From positions 1 to 25,816 of the forward strand of contig DATECE010000090.1 in assembly GCA_036516595.1 (NCBI GenBank): a stretch of 25,816 nucleotides of DNA, read 5' to 3'. Positions within the stretch are counted from its first letter, which is position 1. Each line of letters opens with the position of its first letter. This stretch comes from Minisyncoccota bacterium (GTDB lineage Bacteria > Patescibacteriota > Minisyncoccia > Phycocordibacterales > UBA2100). Positions 1 to 7,259 of the stretch are shown here, piece by piece. A model generated the notes under the pieces. It was not told the DNA's origin and ran no database searches. It was given only the letters and a program-made list of their open reading frames with translations. The position numbers and the translations under genes were made by a program.

Positions 1-735
1 CCCATCGGCGGGACTGCCTGCCCGCAAGATGCCATGCTCTGTCCCGACGGCTCATGGGCAGAACGCTCTGGTCCCAGCTGTGAATTCATATGCCTCGGTA
101 CATCGAGTGACGGAGTGCGGGGCATGATGGGCAACTTTGGCAATTTCGGGAGCATCGTTCAGCTTGGTGTCACGAGGACCGACGATGGCATGCGCAACCG
201 TGGTTTTATTTCTAACATCTTCGACGTGGATTCGTGGCTCGGTGGAGGGAGAAACGTCATAGTCGATGATCGCGTGAGTGTTGCCGTAGAGCCGGCGTGC
301 TTCGGGGCGTTTCCGGATACTTCATCGAGGGGCTGGCTCTCCATTTTCTTCTCGCGACTGCAAAACATTCTCGGGCTGTGCGTCGATTCGGGCAACTACG
401 GAGATGTCATCGATGATGGCAATGACGATGACATTTTCACGACCGGCGACGAGACATTTAATGCCAGCCCGACAGCTGGCAATGCGCCGCTTCTTGTCCG
501 CTTCAGCTCATCGCTCACTGAACCTGCCCAGTATTCCGTAAATTTCGGCGACGGAGAGAGCGCTCGCTACAAAATCTGTGCGGAGTCGTACCCGTATCAA
601 TGTTCGCTCTCACATACGTACAGATTGCCCGGCACGTACACCGCGCAGCTCTCGCGCAGTCTTTGTCCGCAAAACGCCGAGGGATGTCTTGCGCCAGAGA
701 TGCTCGTCGCGTCGATCACGATTAGGGTCCGGTAG
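1..735 (+). CDS. 5'-truncated secreted/surface protein with a C-x-x-D-A-x-x-C-P-D-G-S...GP-x-C-E-F Cys motif and a C-terminal PKD-like domain
   Basis: Frame 1 is open from base 1 (PIGGTACPQDAMLCPDGSWAERSGPSCEFIC), so the ATG at 34 is probably internal. The C-terminal YSVNFGDGESA...LSHTYRLPGTYTAQL matches the PKD signature (WDFGDG...HTY..PG.Y). Confidence 0.7.
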   Translation, partial: PIGGTACPQDAMLCPDGSWAERSGPSCEFICLGTSSDGVRGMMGNFGNFGSIVQLGVTRTDDGMRNRGFISNIFDVDSWLGGGRNVIVDDRVSVAVEPACFGAFPDTSSRGWLSIFFSRLQNILGLCVDSGNYGDVIDDGNDDDIFTTGDETFNASPTAGNAPLLVRFSSSLTEPAQYSVNFGDGESARYKICAESYPYQCSLSHTYRLPGTYTAQLSRSLCPQNAEGCLAPEMLVASITIRVR

Positions 736-790
736 AAGCGTCTCTATCAGGCTGAAGAATTTCGAAAGGGTGTACGTATATAAATCAGGA

Positions 791-820
791 GGCCGCGGCG
801 AGAATTGCCGCGGCCCGTTT
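791..820. terminator. Hairpin between convergent genes, likely terminator
   Basis: ggccgcggc (791-799) pairs with gccgcggcc (807-815) and is followed by cgttt. It lies between the + gene ending at 735 and the - gene ending at 853. Confidence 0.5.
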
Positions 821-852
821 GTGCATATTGTCACCGAGCTCGCACCACTCAG

Positions 853-1227
853 TCACCCCAAGAGAGCGAGCACGCTCACGAGCTGCGAGAGCTCGCCCGA
901 GAGCATCGCCGACCTGACGGTGTTGCCACCGAGCTCGTCGTATTTCGTTTCGAGCCACTTGTGGTGTGGCGCATTGTCCTCGCCGAATTTGGCGTTCAGT
1001 TTTGCGGGCAGCGAGACAATGAGCGCGCATCGCTGCTCGAAGTCTTGAGTCGGCGAGAATAGAAGCTTGTGCTCCAAATACTTGGGGTTTTGACCGACAT
1101 CGCCGGCAATCCCCATGAGCTTTGCCGTATCGGGCCACACGAAGCCGAGACCACTAGCGATACGAAGCGCACTACTCACGACCCCCGCGTACGCCTCTTG
1201 ATCCACTACCTTCCAGCTCGTAGCCAT
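853..1227 (-). CDS. MbcA/ParS/Xre-like antitoxin (toxin-binding domain), apparently orphan
   Basis: The C-terminal KWLETKYDELGGNTVRSAMLSGELSQLVSVLALL resembles the W-L-x-x-x-N-x-x-L-G-G-x-x-P-x-x-x-x-x-x-G motif of Xre/MbcA/ParS C-terminal domains. An upstream promoter and a GGGGG RBS-like run are present. Confidence 0.55.
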   Translation of the reverse strand: MATSWKVVDQEAYAGVVSSALRIASGLGFVWPDTAKLMGIAGDVGQNPKYLEHKLLFSPTQDFEQRCALIVSLPAKLNAKFGEDNAPHHKWLETKYDELGGNTVRSAMLSGELSQLVSVLALLG

Positions 1228-1272
1228 ATCGTCCCCCAGACGTTGCGATGCGGTGCATCGCCTCTGCGCAGT

Positions 1273-1301
1273 ACCGTAGGATAAAAATGTATATTTGTCA
1301 A
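1273..1301 (-). promoter_or_regulatory. sigma70-type promoter for the 853-1227 gene
   Basis: On the minus strand, TTGACA (1301-1296), 17 bp, TACGGT (1278-1273). Confidence 0.55.
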
Positions 1302-1343
1302 ATCTAGACCGGGTGCGCGAGGGCGGGGAGCTCCGGATGATTC

Positions 1344-1372
1344 TTGACGAATGCCAACAATATTAGTATAAT
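1344..1372 (+). promoter_or_regulatory. Near-consensus sigma70 promoter
   Basis: TTGACG (1344-1349), 17 bp, TATAAT (1367-1372). AGGAGG SD at 1397-1402 precedes the ATG at 1409. Confidence 0.75.
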
Positions 1373-1408
1373 ACACCAAGTATCAACGGATTGGTCAGGA
1401 GGACCACA

Positions 1409-2032
1409 ATGCCGAACGAAGACACTTTAACGATGCGCTCCACTCAGCAAGGCTACGCGTCGCAGTATTTTTGGGCGATAATGTGGTCGTTCATCCTCGC
1501 CTACACCGCACTGCGCACCGAAGCCTACATCCTCGACGCGTATGCATCGGTCGGTGCCGAGACACTCGCGGAGTACAAGAGCAACATGCGCGTCCGCAGT
1601 AGCTGGGTGGCGGTCGACGGCAATATTCCGCTGATGCATTTCATCTGGTGGTTCTGCGCCATCCTCGCCGCCATCATCGTTCTCGTGCAAGCGTGGACGG
1701 TCATCTATTCCGCCCGTACGGTCAACGTCTTCCGCAAGAACAGCGATGGCAAGTGGGGTAAGGTCGTGCGAACCTCGTACGCATTCCCCGCGAGCGTCGA
1801 GCGGCAGCAACAAGTGTTTGACCGCGTGACCGACATCACGGTCAGCCAATCATTCATCGATCGCCTCTTCGGCACGGGCAGCATCAAATTGAAACTTGCC
1901 ACGTTCGCCAACGTCGAGAGCGACGAGATCGAATGGATCGTGTCCGCCGTGAAAGATCCGTATCACTGGGAGGGCATGCTCTCCGCGGCTCTTCCGGACG
2001 GTGCCGGATTGCGCATCAAGCAGACGGTCTAA
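1409..2032 (+). CDS. Membrane protein with bacterial PH domain (YdbS/bPH_2-like)
   Basis: Two hydrophobic helices, then FDRVTDITVSQSFIDRLFGTGSIKL, which matches the bPH_2 pattern (I..V.V.QS...RLFG.G.I). Start chosen at the ATG after AGGAGG. Confidence 0.8.
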   Translation: MPNEDTLTMRSTQQGYASQYFWAIMWSFILAYTALRTEAYILDAYASVGAETLAEYKSNMRVRSSWVAVDGNIPLMHFIWWFCAILAAIIVLVQAWTVIYSARTVNVFRKNSDGKWGKVVRTSYAFPASVERQQQVFDRVTDITVSQSFIDRLFGTGSIKLKLATFANVESDEIEWIVSAVKDPYHWEGMLSAALPDGAGLRIKQTV

Positions 2033-2058
2033 AATCCGTCACAGCACACGAAATTCAG

Positions 2059-2091
2059 ACGGCCGCGTTCGCGCGGCCGTTTCGTTTTTTT
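2059..2091 (+). terminator. Rho-independent terminator
   Basis: Stem acggccgcg, TTCG loop, cgcggccgt, followed by ttcgttttttt. Confidence 0.75.
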
Positions 2092-2182
2092 CTGAGTACG
2101 TATTCTCAATTGAAAGATATTGAAAAAGTTTGAGTATTCATGATGAAAGCCGCGGCTCTTCCACCCGTCTCACTATGTACAC

Positions 2183-3268
2183 ATGATGAAGCACTCCATA
2201 CGAGTAGTTCACGCCCTCTCTACGGCACTCCTCGTCTGCGCTCTTTTTCTTGCACCGCTCGCAGTCTCTGCGCAGGAGTATGAAGGATGGCGCGGCTGGT
2301 TTGGCCGTACGAGCGAGATACAGCAAAAGATACAGGCGCTCCCATCGGTCGCCGTCGCGAGCCTACCCATACCGATACTCTTTGGCGTCGCTCAGAGCAA
2401 CCTCACACACAATTTCGGTGACGCGCGTGACGGTGGCACGCGCACCCACGAAGGACTCGATATCATGGCGCTGCAGGGTACGCCAATCGTGAGTCCCACG
2501 CAGGCGGTGGTCACCCGCGCAGGTACGGGAGGCTCGGAAGGGAATTATGTATACACCGCGGGTCCCGGCGGAGAAACATTTGCGTACATGCACCTCTCCC
2601 GCTTTGGTGAGGGTGCCGTCGTGGGCGCTGTGCTCGCGCGCGGCGACATCATCGGCTACGTGGGCAATACCGGCAACGCCTCCGGCGGCTCCCCGCACCT
2701 GCATTTTGAAATACGAAACAACGGCGCGACGGACCCGTTTCCGCGACTCACGCTCGAATTTACTCTCGCCGAACGCATGGCGTTTCTTACGAAAATTTTG
2801 GCGAACACGTCGGACACATCACTCGCGGGGACGCTCGTCGCCAATTTCCGCTCCGTATTCACGGCGGCGCAATCCCAAGGGATAGCGCTCCCGCCTGCGA
2901 TTGCGAATCTAGTCGGCGGCAATGCACCGACACCACCACTCACCACATCGACAAACACGCAAATAGCAGCACTCCTCGCACAACTACAGGTGCTGCAGGC
3001 ACAGCTCGCGGCGCTACAGGGCACGACACCAACATCGTACACGCGTGACTTACGGCTCGGCTCAACTGGTGCCGATGTGAAAGCGTTGCAAATCTATCTC
3101 AATACTCATGGTTTCGCCGTCGCCGTAAGTGGCGCAGGCTCACTCGGGAGCGAGACGACGTATTTCGGCCCCGCGACGAGAGCAGCGCTCATTCGATTCC
3201 AAGTTGCGAAGGGAATCACGCCGGCCGCAGGCTATTTCGGCCCTATCACCCGCGCCGCTCTCATATAG
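2183..3268 (+). CDS. Secreted M23 family metallopeptidase with C-terminal peptidoglycan-binding domain
   Basis: Signal peptide. M23 motifs HEGLD (HxxxD), YMHL and PHLHFE (HxH). C-terminal DLRLGSTGADVKALQIYLN...YFGPATRAALIRFQ is PG_binding_1-like. Confidence 0.92.
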   Translation: MMKHSIRVVHALSTALLVCALFLAPLAVSAQEYEGWRGWFGRTSEIQQKIQALPSVAVASLPIPILFGVAQSNLTHNFGDARDGGTRTHEGLDIMALQGTPIVSPTQAVVTRAGTGGSEGNYVYTAGPGGETFAYMHLSRFGEGAVVGAVLARGDIIGYVGNTGNASGGSPHLHFEIRNNGATDPFPRLTLEFTLAERMAFLTKILANTSDTSLAGTLVANFRSVFTAAQSQGIALPPAIANLVGGNAPTPPLTTSTNTQIAALLAQLQVLQAQLAALQGTTPTSYTRDLRLGSTGADVKALQIYLNTHGFAVAVSGAGSLGSETTYFGPATRAALIRFQVAKGITPAAGYFGPITRAALI

Positions 3269-3306
3269 TTCGTCGCGCGGCAAAAGGGAATGATATTGTG
3301 TGAGGC

Positions 3307-3813
3307 GTGGACCTGATACAGCTCATAAATCCGGAACATGCAACGGAGGAAGAGGTGGCTCATTACGCTGTCCGCGAAGCCGCGCGTGCCATCGTTCGTG
3401 ATACGGAGGGGTTCATCGCACTCTTGCATGTCACTAAGAAAAATTACTACAAACTCCCCGGCGGCGGGCTCGAGGGCGACGAAGACAAACTGATTGCTCT
3501 GCAGCGCGAGTGCGAAGAGGAGATTGGGTGCAACATCGATGTGCTCGACGAAGTGGGCATGACAATCGAATATCGGAAAATGTTCCAACTCAAACAAATT
3601 TCATATTGTTACTATGCGACGGTGAGAGGGGAGAAAGGCACTCCACATTTTGTGGGGGATGAGATAGACGATGGTTTCGAGGCACTGTGGCTTCCGTTTG
3701 ATAAGGCGCTCGATGTCATGAAAACATGCGAAGCAAACGATTTTGAGGGAAGCGCCTACATCGTCCCTCGCGACATCGCGTTCCTCGAAGCTGCGCAGGA
3801 ACGGCTGAATTAG
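3307..3813 (+). CDS. NUDIX hydrolase
   Basis: Nudix box GGGLEGDEDKLIALQRECEEEIG (GX5EX7REUXEEXG). GTG start. Confidence 0.9.
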   Translation: MDLIQLINPEHATEEEVAHYAVREAARAIVRDTEGFIALLHVTKKNYYKLPGGGLEGDEDKLIALQRECEEEIGCNIDVLDEVGMTIEYRKMFQLKQISYCYYATVRGEKGTPHFVGDEIDDGFEALWLPFDKALDVMKTCEANDFEGSAYIVPRDIAFLEAAQERLN

Positions 3814-3902
3814 CAAATAAGGTTCGAGTCGGATGACGCTTGCCGTGGGAAGGGCACGTGGCATAGTGCGTGCGGGAATAGTCCCACAAGAGAGGTGTCG
3901 CC

Positions 3903-4403
3903 ATGCCGCTCGAGATCGAAAGACGTTTTTTGCTCCCCAAGGCGCCGGCGCATAACCATCCTGACCGCTTGGATCATACCGCGTGGCTCCGGCAGGGGTA
4001 CCTCGTCGTCTCGCCTGAGGGCGCCTTGCGCATCCGCGAAGAAGAGGGCGCCTGTACCCTGACGGCCAAAGGGCAAGGCGAGCTCGCGCACGAAGAGTGC
4101 GAGCTGCCAATCGAATCTGCGGACATGAGCGCACTGCTCTTCCGGCTGGCCGTCGGAACGCCGGTGGAAAAAATCCGCCACTCGTATATCGGTGCGACGT
4201 ACGAATACGTCATCGACGTGTTCGAGGCGCACCTGAAGGGGCTCGTCATGATGGAGATTGAGTTCCCCAGCGAGGAAGCGGCGCACGCGTACGTACTGCC
4301 GGCGTGGGCGTCGGGTGCGGTCGAGGTGACTGGCAACATCGCCTACACCAATGCTTATCTCTCGCAAAAAGGTCTGCCGCAACGCATCAAACCCGATGCC
4401 TGA
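3903..4403 (+). CDS. CYTH domain protein (triphosphate tunnel metalloenzyme / class IV adenylate cyclase-like)
   Basis: N-terminal EIERRF (ExExK/R), plus RQGYL, LRIR, EKIR, IDVF and EIEF motifs. Confidence 0.9.
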   Translation: MPLEIERRFLLPKAPAHNHPDRLDHTAWLRQGYLVVSPEGALRIREEEGACTLTAKGQGELAHEECELPIESADMSALLFRLAVGTPVEKIRHSYIGATYEYVIDVFEAHLKGLVMMEIEFPSEEAAHAYVLPAWASGAVEVTGNIAYTNAYLSQKGLPQRIKPDA

Positions 4404-4440
4404 CGGAAGGCCGCACTGCTCTGGGAGAGAAAAAGTGAAA

Positions 4441-4478
4441 CCGCGCAGAAGACATCTCGTCTCTGCGCGGCCCTTTTT
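4441..4478. terminator. Hairpin between convergent genes, probable bidirectional terminator
   Basis: ccgcgcag (4441-4448) pairs with ctgcgcgg (4463-4470), with an inner agac/gtct pair. A-rich run before, ccctttttat after. Confidence 0.5.
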
Positions 4479-4884
4479 ATACCCGAACGGGTGTCCATGC
4501 TTCTCTTGCTTGCCACAGGTCTTTCCTGCGGCGCCTTCGGCGCGGTGGTCGGCGTCGGATTCGGTACTCGAACATGTCGACGAAACCGAGATTGAGTCTC
4601 GACAGTAGGTCGAAGTAAGCCGCCGCTTCGTTTGCGTCGGCGAAGGACACTTCACCGCGGACCTCAAGAATGTTGCTTACGATGAGCAGGAAGACCGCGT
4701 TCCGCGCGAGTACGCGTGAGCAGTTCGCCTCCGCTACTATCCGATCGAAGCTGAGCCAGTCCGGCGGGAGGTCCCACCAAAGTCTCGCCGCGTAGAAGCG
4801 AATCATCCACATAAATACGAAGCGGGCTACGAGGTGTGCGACCATGAGGCCAAGCGCAATCTGGTCAAGGAATTCGTTTGTCAT
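4477..4884 (-). CDS. Hypothetical protein with N-terminal hydrophobic helix and Arg-rich C-terminus
   Basis: 135-aa ORF filling the gap between CYTH and VIT1. Purine-rich RBS-like AAGGGGGAG lies upstream. No family recognised. Confidence 0.55.
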   Translation of the reverse strand: MTNEFLDQIALGLMVAHLVARFVFMWMIRFYAARLWWDLPPDWLSFDRIVAEANCSRVLARNAVFLLIVSNILEVRGEVSFADANEAAAYFDLLSRLNLGFVDMFEYRIRRRPPRRRRRRKDLWQAREAWTPVRV

Positions 4885-4959
4885 TGCTCTCCCCCTTGCT
4901 TTTGACGTTATACGCTGATTCGCGCCATTTGAAAAGTCGCATATGGTACGCTGTCCGAG

Positions 4960-5676
4960 ATGAAACTTCCTTCAAACGCACACATCGAACTGCACACTGG
5001 CTCGCTCACCTCTCAGCAGAATTGGCTGCGCGCAGGAGTCCTCGGTGCCAACGACGGCATCGTCTCGGTTGCCGCGCTCATCGTCGGCGTCGCCGGCGCG
5101 ACCGCTGATATCAAACTCATTCTCATCACTGGCGTCGCCGGCATGACGGCAGGGGCACTCTCAATGGCAGCGGGGGAATACGTGTCGGTCTCGAGCCAGC
5201 GCGACACAGAAAGAGCGCTCCTCGAAAAAGAGCGCCGTGAACTCGCCGAATCTCCGGCCGAAGAGCTCGAAGAGCTCACGGTCATATACGAAAAGAAGGG
5301 GCTCGCACGCCCGACGGCCGAGACGGTCGCGAGAGAACTCACCGCGCACGATGCGTTTACTGCACACGTCGAAGCCGAGCTCGGCATCCATGCACACGAT
5401 TTGACCAACCCGTGGCATGCGGCCATCGCGTCGGGCTTTTCATTTGTTGTCGGTGCGTTCATTCCGCTGGCTGCCATCATCATCTCACCTCCGGCGCTGC
5501 ATATACCGGCGACTTTTATCGGCGTCATCATCGCGCTCGCTATCACCGGATACCTGAGCGCACGGGTGAGCGATGCCCCACCCACTAAGGTAGTGACGCG
5601 AGTGGTAATAGGTGGCGCTATCGCGATGGCGATCACCTACGGCATCGGTACCGCTTTCGGCATCGCGACGGCATAA
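4960..5676 (+). CDS. VIT1/CCC1 family Fe/Mn transporter
   Basis: NWLRAGVLGANDGIVS, AGALSMAAGEYVSVSSQRD and NPWHAAIASGFSF motifs with five hydrophobic segments. Confidence 0.93.
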   Translation: MKLPSNAHIELHTGSLTSQQNWLRAGVLGANDGIVSVAALIVGVAGATADIKLILITGVAGMTAGALSMAAGEYVSVSSQRDTERALLEKERRELAESPAEELEELTVIYEKKGLARPTAETVARELTAHDAFTAHVEAELGIHAHDLTNPWHAAIASGFSFVVGAFIPLAAIIISPPALHIPATFIGVIIALAITGYLSARVSDAPPTKVVTRVVIGGAIAMAITYGIGTAFGIATA

Positions 5677-5678
5677 TA

Positions 5679-5707
5679 TTGACGACGACCCGAATATAGG
5701 GTACAAT
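5679..5707 (+). promoter_or_regulatory. sigma70-type promoter
   Basis: TTGACG (5679-5684), 17 bp, TACAAT (5702-5707). GGAGG at 5726-5730 precedes the ATG at 5737. Confidence 0.65.
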
Positions 5708-5736
5708 ATACGCAGCTTAATGGCGGGAGGAATGCC

Positions 5737-5997
5737 ATGTCAAACGCTTCGGTTAGCGTCGCTCAGTTCATTCGAACGATCTTCTATCACCTGCTCGGCT
5801 TCGCCGCGTTCGTCTTCGGCGCACTTCCGGTGATAGCGCTCCTGCTCGCCGCGCTCTGGAGTTGGCAGGCGGGCATGGTCCCGCAGCTTTCGCTCGAGAA
5901 CATCATCGTGATCTCGATATTCACGCTCGTGATGCTCCTGTGCGCCGGCTGTCTCGGCGTGAGGGCGTATATGAAGCGGCGATGGGGGCACCTATAA
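5737..5997 (+). CDS. Small two-TM hypothetical membrane protein
   Basis: 86-aa ORF with two hydrophobic helices, own promoter, SD and downstream terminator. Confidence 0.7.
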   Translation: MSNASVSVAQFIRTIFYHLLGFAAFVFGALPVIALLLAALWSWQAGMVPQLSLENIIVISIFTLVMLLCAGCLGVRAYMKRRWGHL

Positions 5998-6019
5998 GCC
6001 GAGCCCAGTTTTCAGTTTC

Positions 6020-6050
6020 GCGGCCATCTTCGGGTGGCCGCAACTTTTTT
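6020..6050 (+). terminator. Rho-independent terminator
   Basis: gcggccatc, TTCG loop, ggtggccgc (one G-U pair), then aactttttt. Confidence 0.65.
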
Positions 6051-6111
6051 GTATCCGTATTGCGTTTTGGCGGCCCATAGTGCATACTCCACCCGTTCCT
6101 TTCAAAACGGT

Positions 6112-6507
6112 ATGGCAGAAACAAGTACAGCGTCCACCAAAGGCGGATCCGCCTCCGGCGGAAAAAAGCGCACATCACGCGCGAAGAAGTCTGCAGAGGG
6201 CACACACCGCCTTCGTATCCGCGTGCGCGCATACGAGCACGGGGTGCTCGACCGCGCGGTGAAGCAAATCATCGATGTCGCGTCACGTCACAATGCGACC
6301 ATCATCGGCCCCGTACCGCTCCCCATCGATATCAAGAAATACACGGTCAATCGCGCGTCGTTTATCGACAAGGATTCGCGTGAACAGTTCGAGATGCGCA
6401 TCCACAAGCGCATGATAGATATTTTGAATCCGGTCCCCAAGGTGATTGAAGCTCTGACAAATATAGACCTCCCTTCCGGAGTGTCGATAGATGTCAAAAT
6501 GATGTAG
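6112..6507 (+). CDS. rpsJ: 30S ribosomal protein S10, with N-terminal extension
   Basis: RLRIRVRAYEHGVLD...IIGPVPLP...VNRASFIDKDSREQFEMRIHKRMIDI...LPSGVSIDVKM. The ATG at 6112 is preferred over the ORF-track start at 6034. Confidence 0.97.
   Translation: MAETSTASTKGGSASGGKKRTSRAKKSAEGTHRLRIRVRAYEHGVLDRAVKQIIDVASRHNATIIGPVPLPIDIKKYTVNRASFIDKDSREQFEMRIHKRMIDILNPVPKVIEALTNIDLPSGVSIDVKMM
6133..6162. repeat. 30-bp double-hairpin palindromic element, in-frame copy in rpsJ (encodes STKGGSASGG)
   Basis: TCCACCAAAGGCGGATCCGCCTCCGGCGGA, matching the copies in rplC, rplD, rplV and rplW. Confidence 0.85.
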
Positions 6508-6528
6508 ATTTTTTACGAATCCCAATTC

Positions 6529-6558
6529 AAAAAAGCCCGCTCGTAAGCGGGTTTTTTT
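6529..6558. terminator. Bidirectional Rho-independent terminator after rpsJ
   Basis: aaaaaa, gcccgct, cgta loop, agcgggt, tttttt, between convergent rpsJ and the ArsR-family gene. Confidence 0.85.
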
Positions 6559-6592
6559 GCTACGGGTACGGAAAAAGAAGTCGGGACTCGCC

Positions 6593-6895
6593 TTATCCGG
6601 CTCGTGACAGCTTGTACAAAATCCGGCACGGTTCGACGATGCGCGGATCCACAATAGCGTAGTATGCATTCAACCCGTCGCGACGAACTGTCACGAGTCG
6701 CTCTCTGCGCAGTATGCCGAGGTGCTGCGATACATTTGCCTTCGAGATTCCCAATGTTTTCACGAGATCCTGTACCGCCATCTCCTGCTCCCGCAGAAGA
6801 TTCAATATCTCGAGGCGCTTCGGGTTCGCCAGTATTTTGTACGTCTCCGCGTTCCTTTCATATGCCGAGCGGGGGAGCGGTCGCTTGATTTTCAT
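6593..6895 (-). CDS. ArsR/SmtB family winged-HTH transcriptional regulator
   Basis: YKILANPKRLEILNLL...VQDLVKTLGISKANVSQHLGILRRERLVTVRRDGLNAYY. Start placed at MKIKRPL (6895). Confidence 0.92.
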   Translation of the reverse strand: MKIKRPLPRSAYERNAETYKILANPKRLEILNLLREQEMAVQDLVKTLGISKANVSQHLGILRRERLVTVRRDGLNAYYAIVDPRIVEPCRILYKLSRAG

Positions 6896-6910
6896 AGTTT
6901 GAGTATGCAC

Positions 6911-7038
6911 TAGTTGCGCATGCGCGCAACCGCTTTTCGCTGAAGCACCGCGGTGACGCGCCCTTGCATCCACACTTTTCCCCACTCGCCGCTTGTGCGG
7001 ACACTCTCGTGCGATATAGTTTCTATATTGCGCAACTA
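6911..7038. promoter_or_regulatory. Divergent promoter region with paired TTGCGC(A)A operator-like sites
   Basis: TAGTTGCGCA (6911-6920) is the exact reverse complement of TGCGCAACTA (7029-7038). Local inverted repeat GTTGCGC-atgc-GCGCAAC at 6913-6930. Candidate -10 boxes are CATACT (minus, 6907-6902) and TATAGT (plus, 7015-7020). Confidence 0.45.
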
Positions 7039-7053
7039 CGAAACAGATAGCGT

Positions 7054-7254
7054 ATGATACAAAAGTCGATAAAGATACTCCGTTACTCTGTCATGTGCAC
7101 GGCTGCGTTCCTTGCATCGTTTGTAGTCAATTTCTCGTCACCCGCGCACAATTCTACGGATATCCCGAGCATGTTCGCGCCTATCGTACATGCCGATGCG
7201 CCGACGGGGGACGGCGGTGATGACGGTGATGGCGGTAGCGACGGTTGTCCCTGA
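7054..7254 (+). CDS. Candidate RiPP precursor peptide 1 (hydrophobic leader, HADAP motif, Gly/Asp/Ser/Cys tail)
   Basis: 66 aa: basic N-terminus, hydrophobic stretch, ...IVHADAP-TGDGGDDGDGGSDGCP. It shares HADAP and overall layout with the 14322-14543 peptide next to the SagB gene. Confidence 0.7.
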   Translation: MIQKSIKILRYSVMCTAAFLASFVVNFSSPAHNSTDIPSMFAPIVHADAPTGDGGDDGDGGSDGCP

Positions 7255-7259
7255 ATTGT

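Noticed and set aside
1-13. cccatcggcggga at the window start resembles the inner hairpin of the 20836 element
   Set aside because: Truncated by the window edge, so the left arm cannot be seen. The match is too short to call.
3810-4667. 285-aa minus-strand ORF
   Set aside because: Antisense shadow of the CYTH gene and overlapping the 4477-4884 ORF, with no recognisable motifs.
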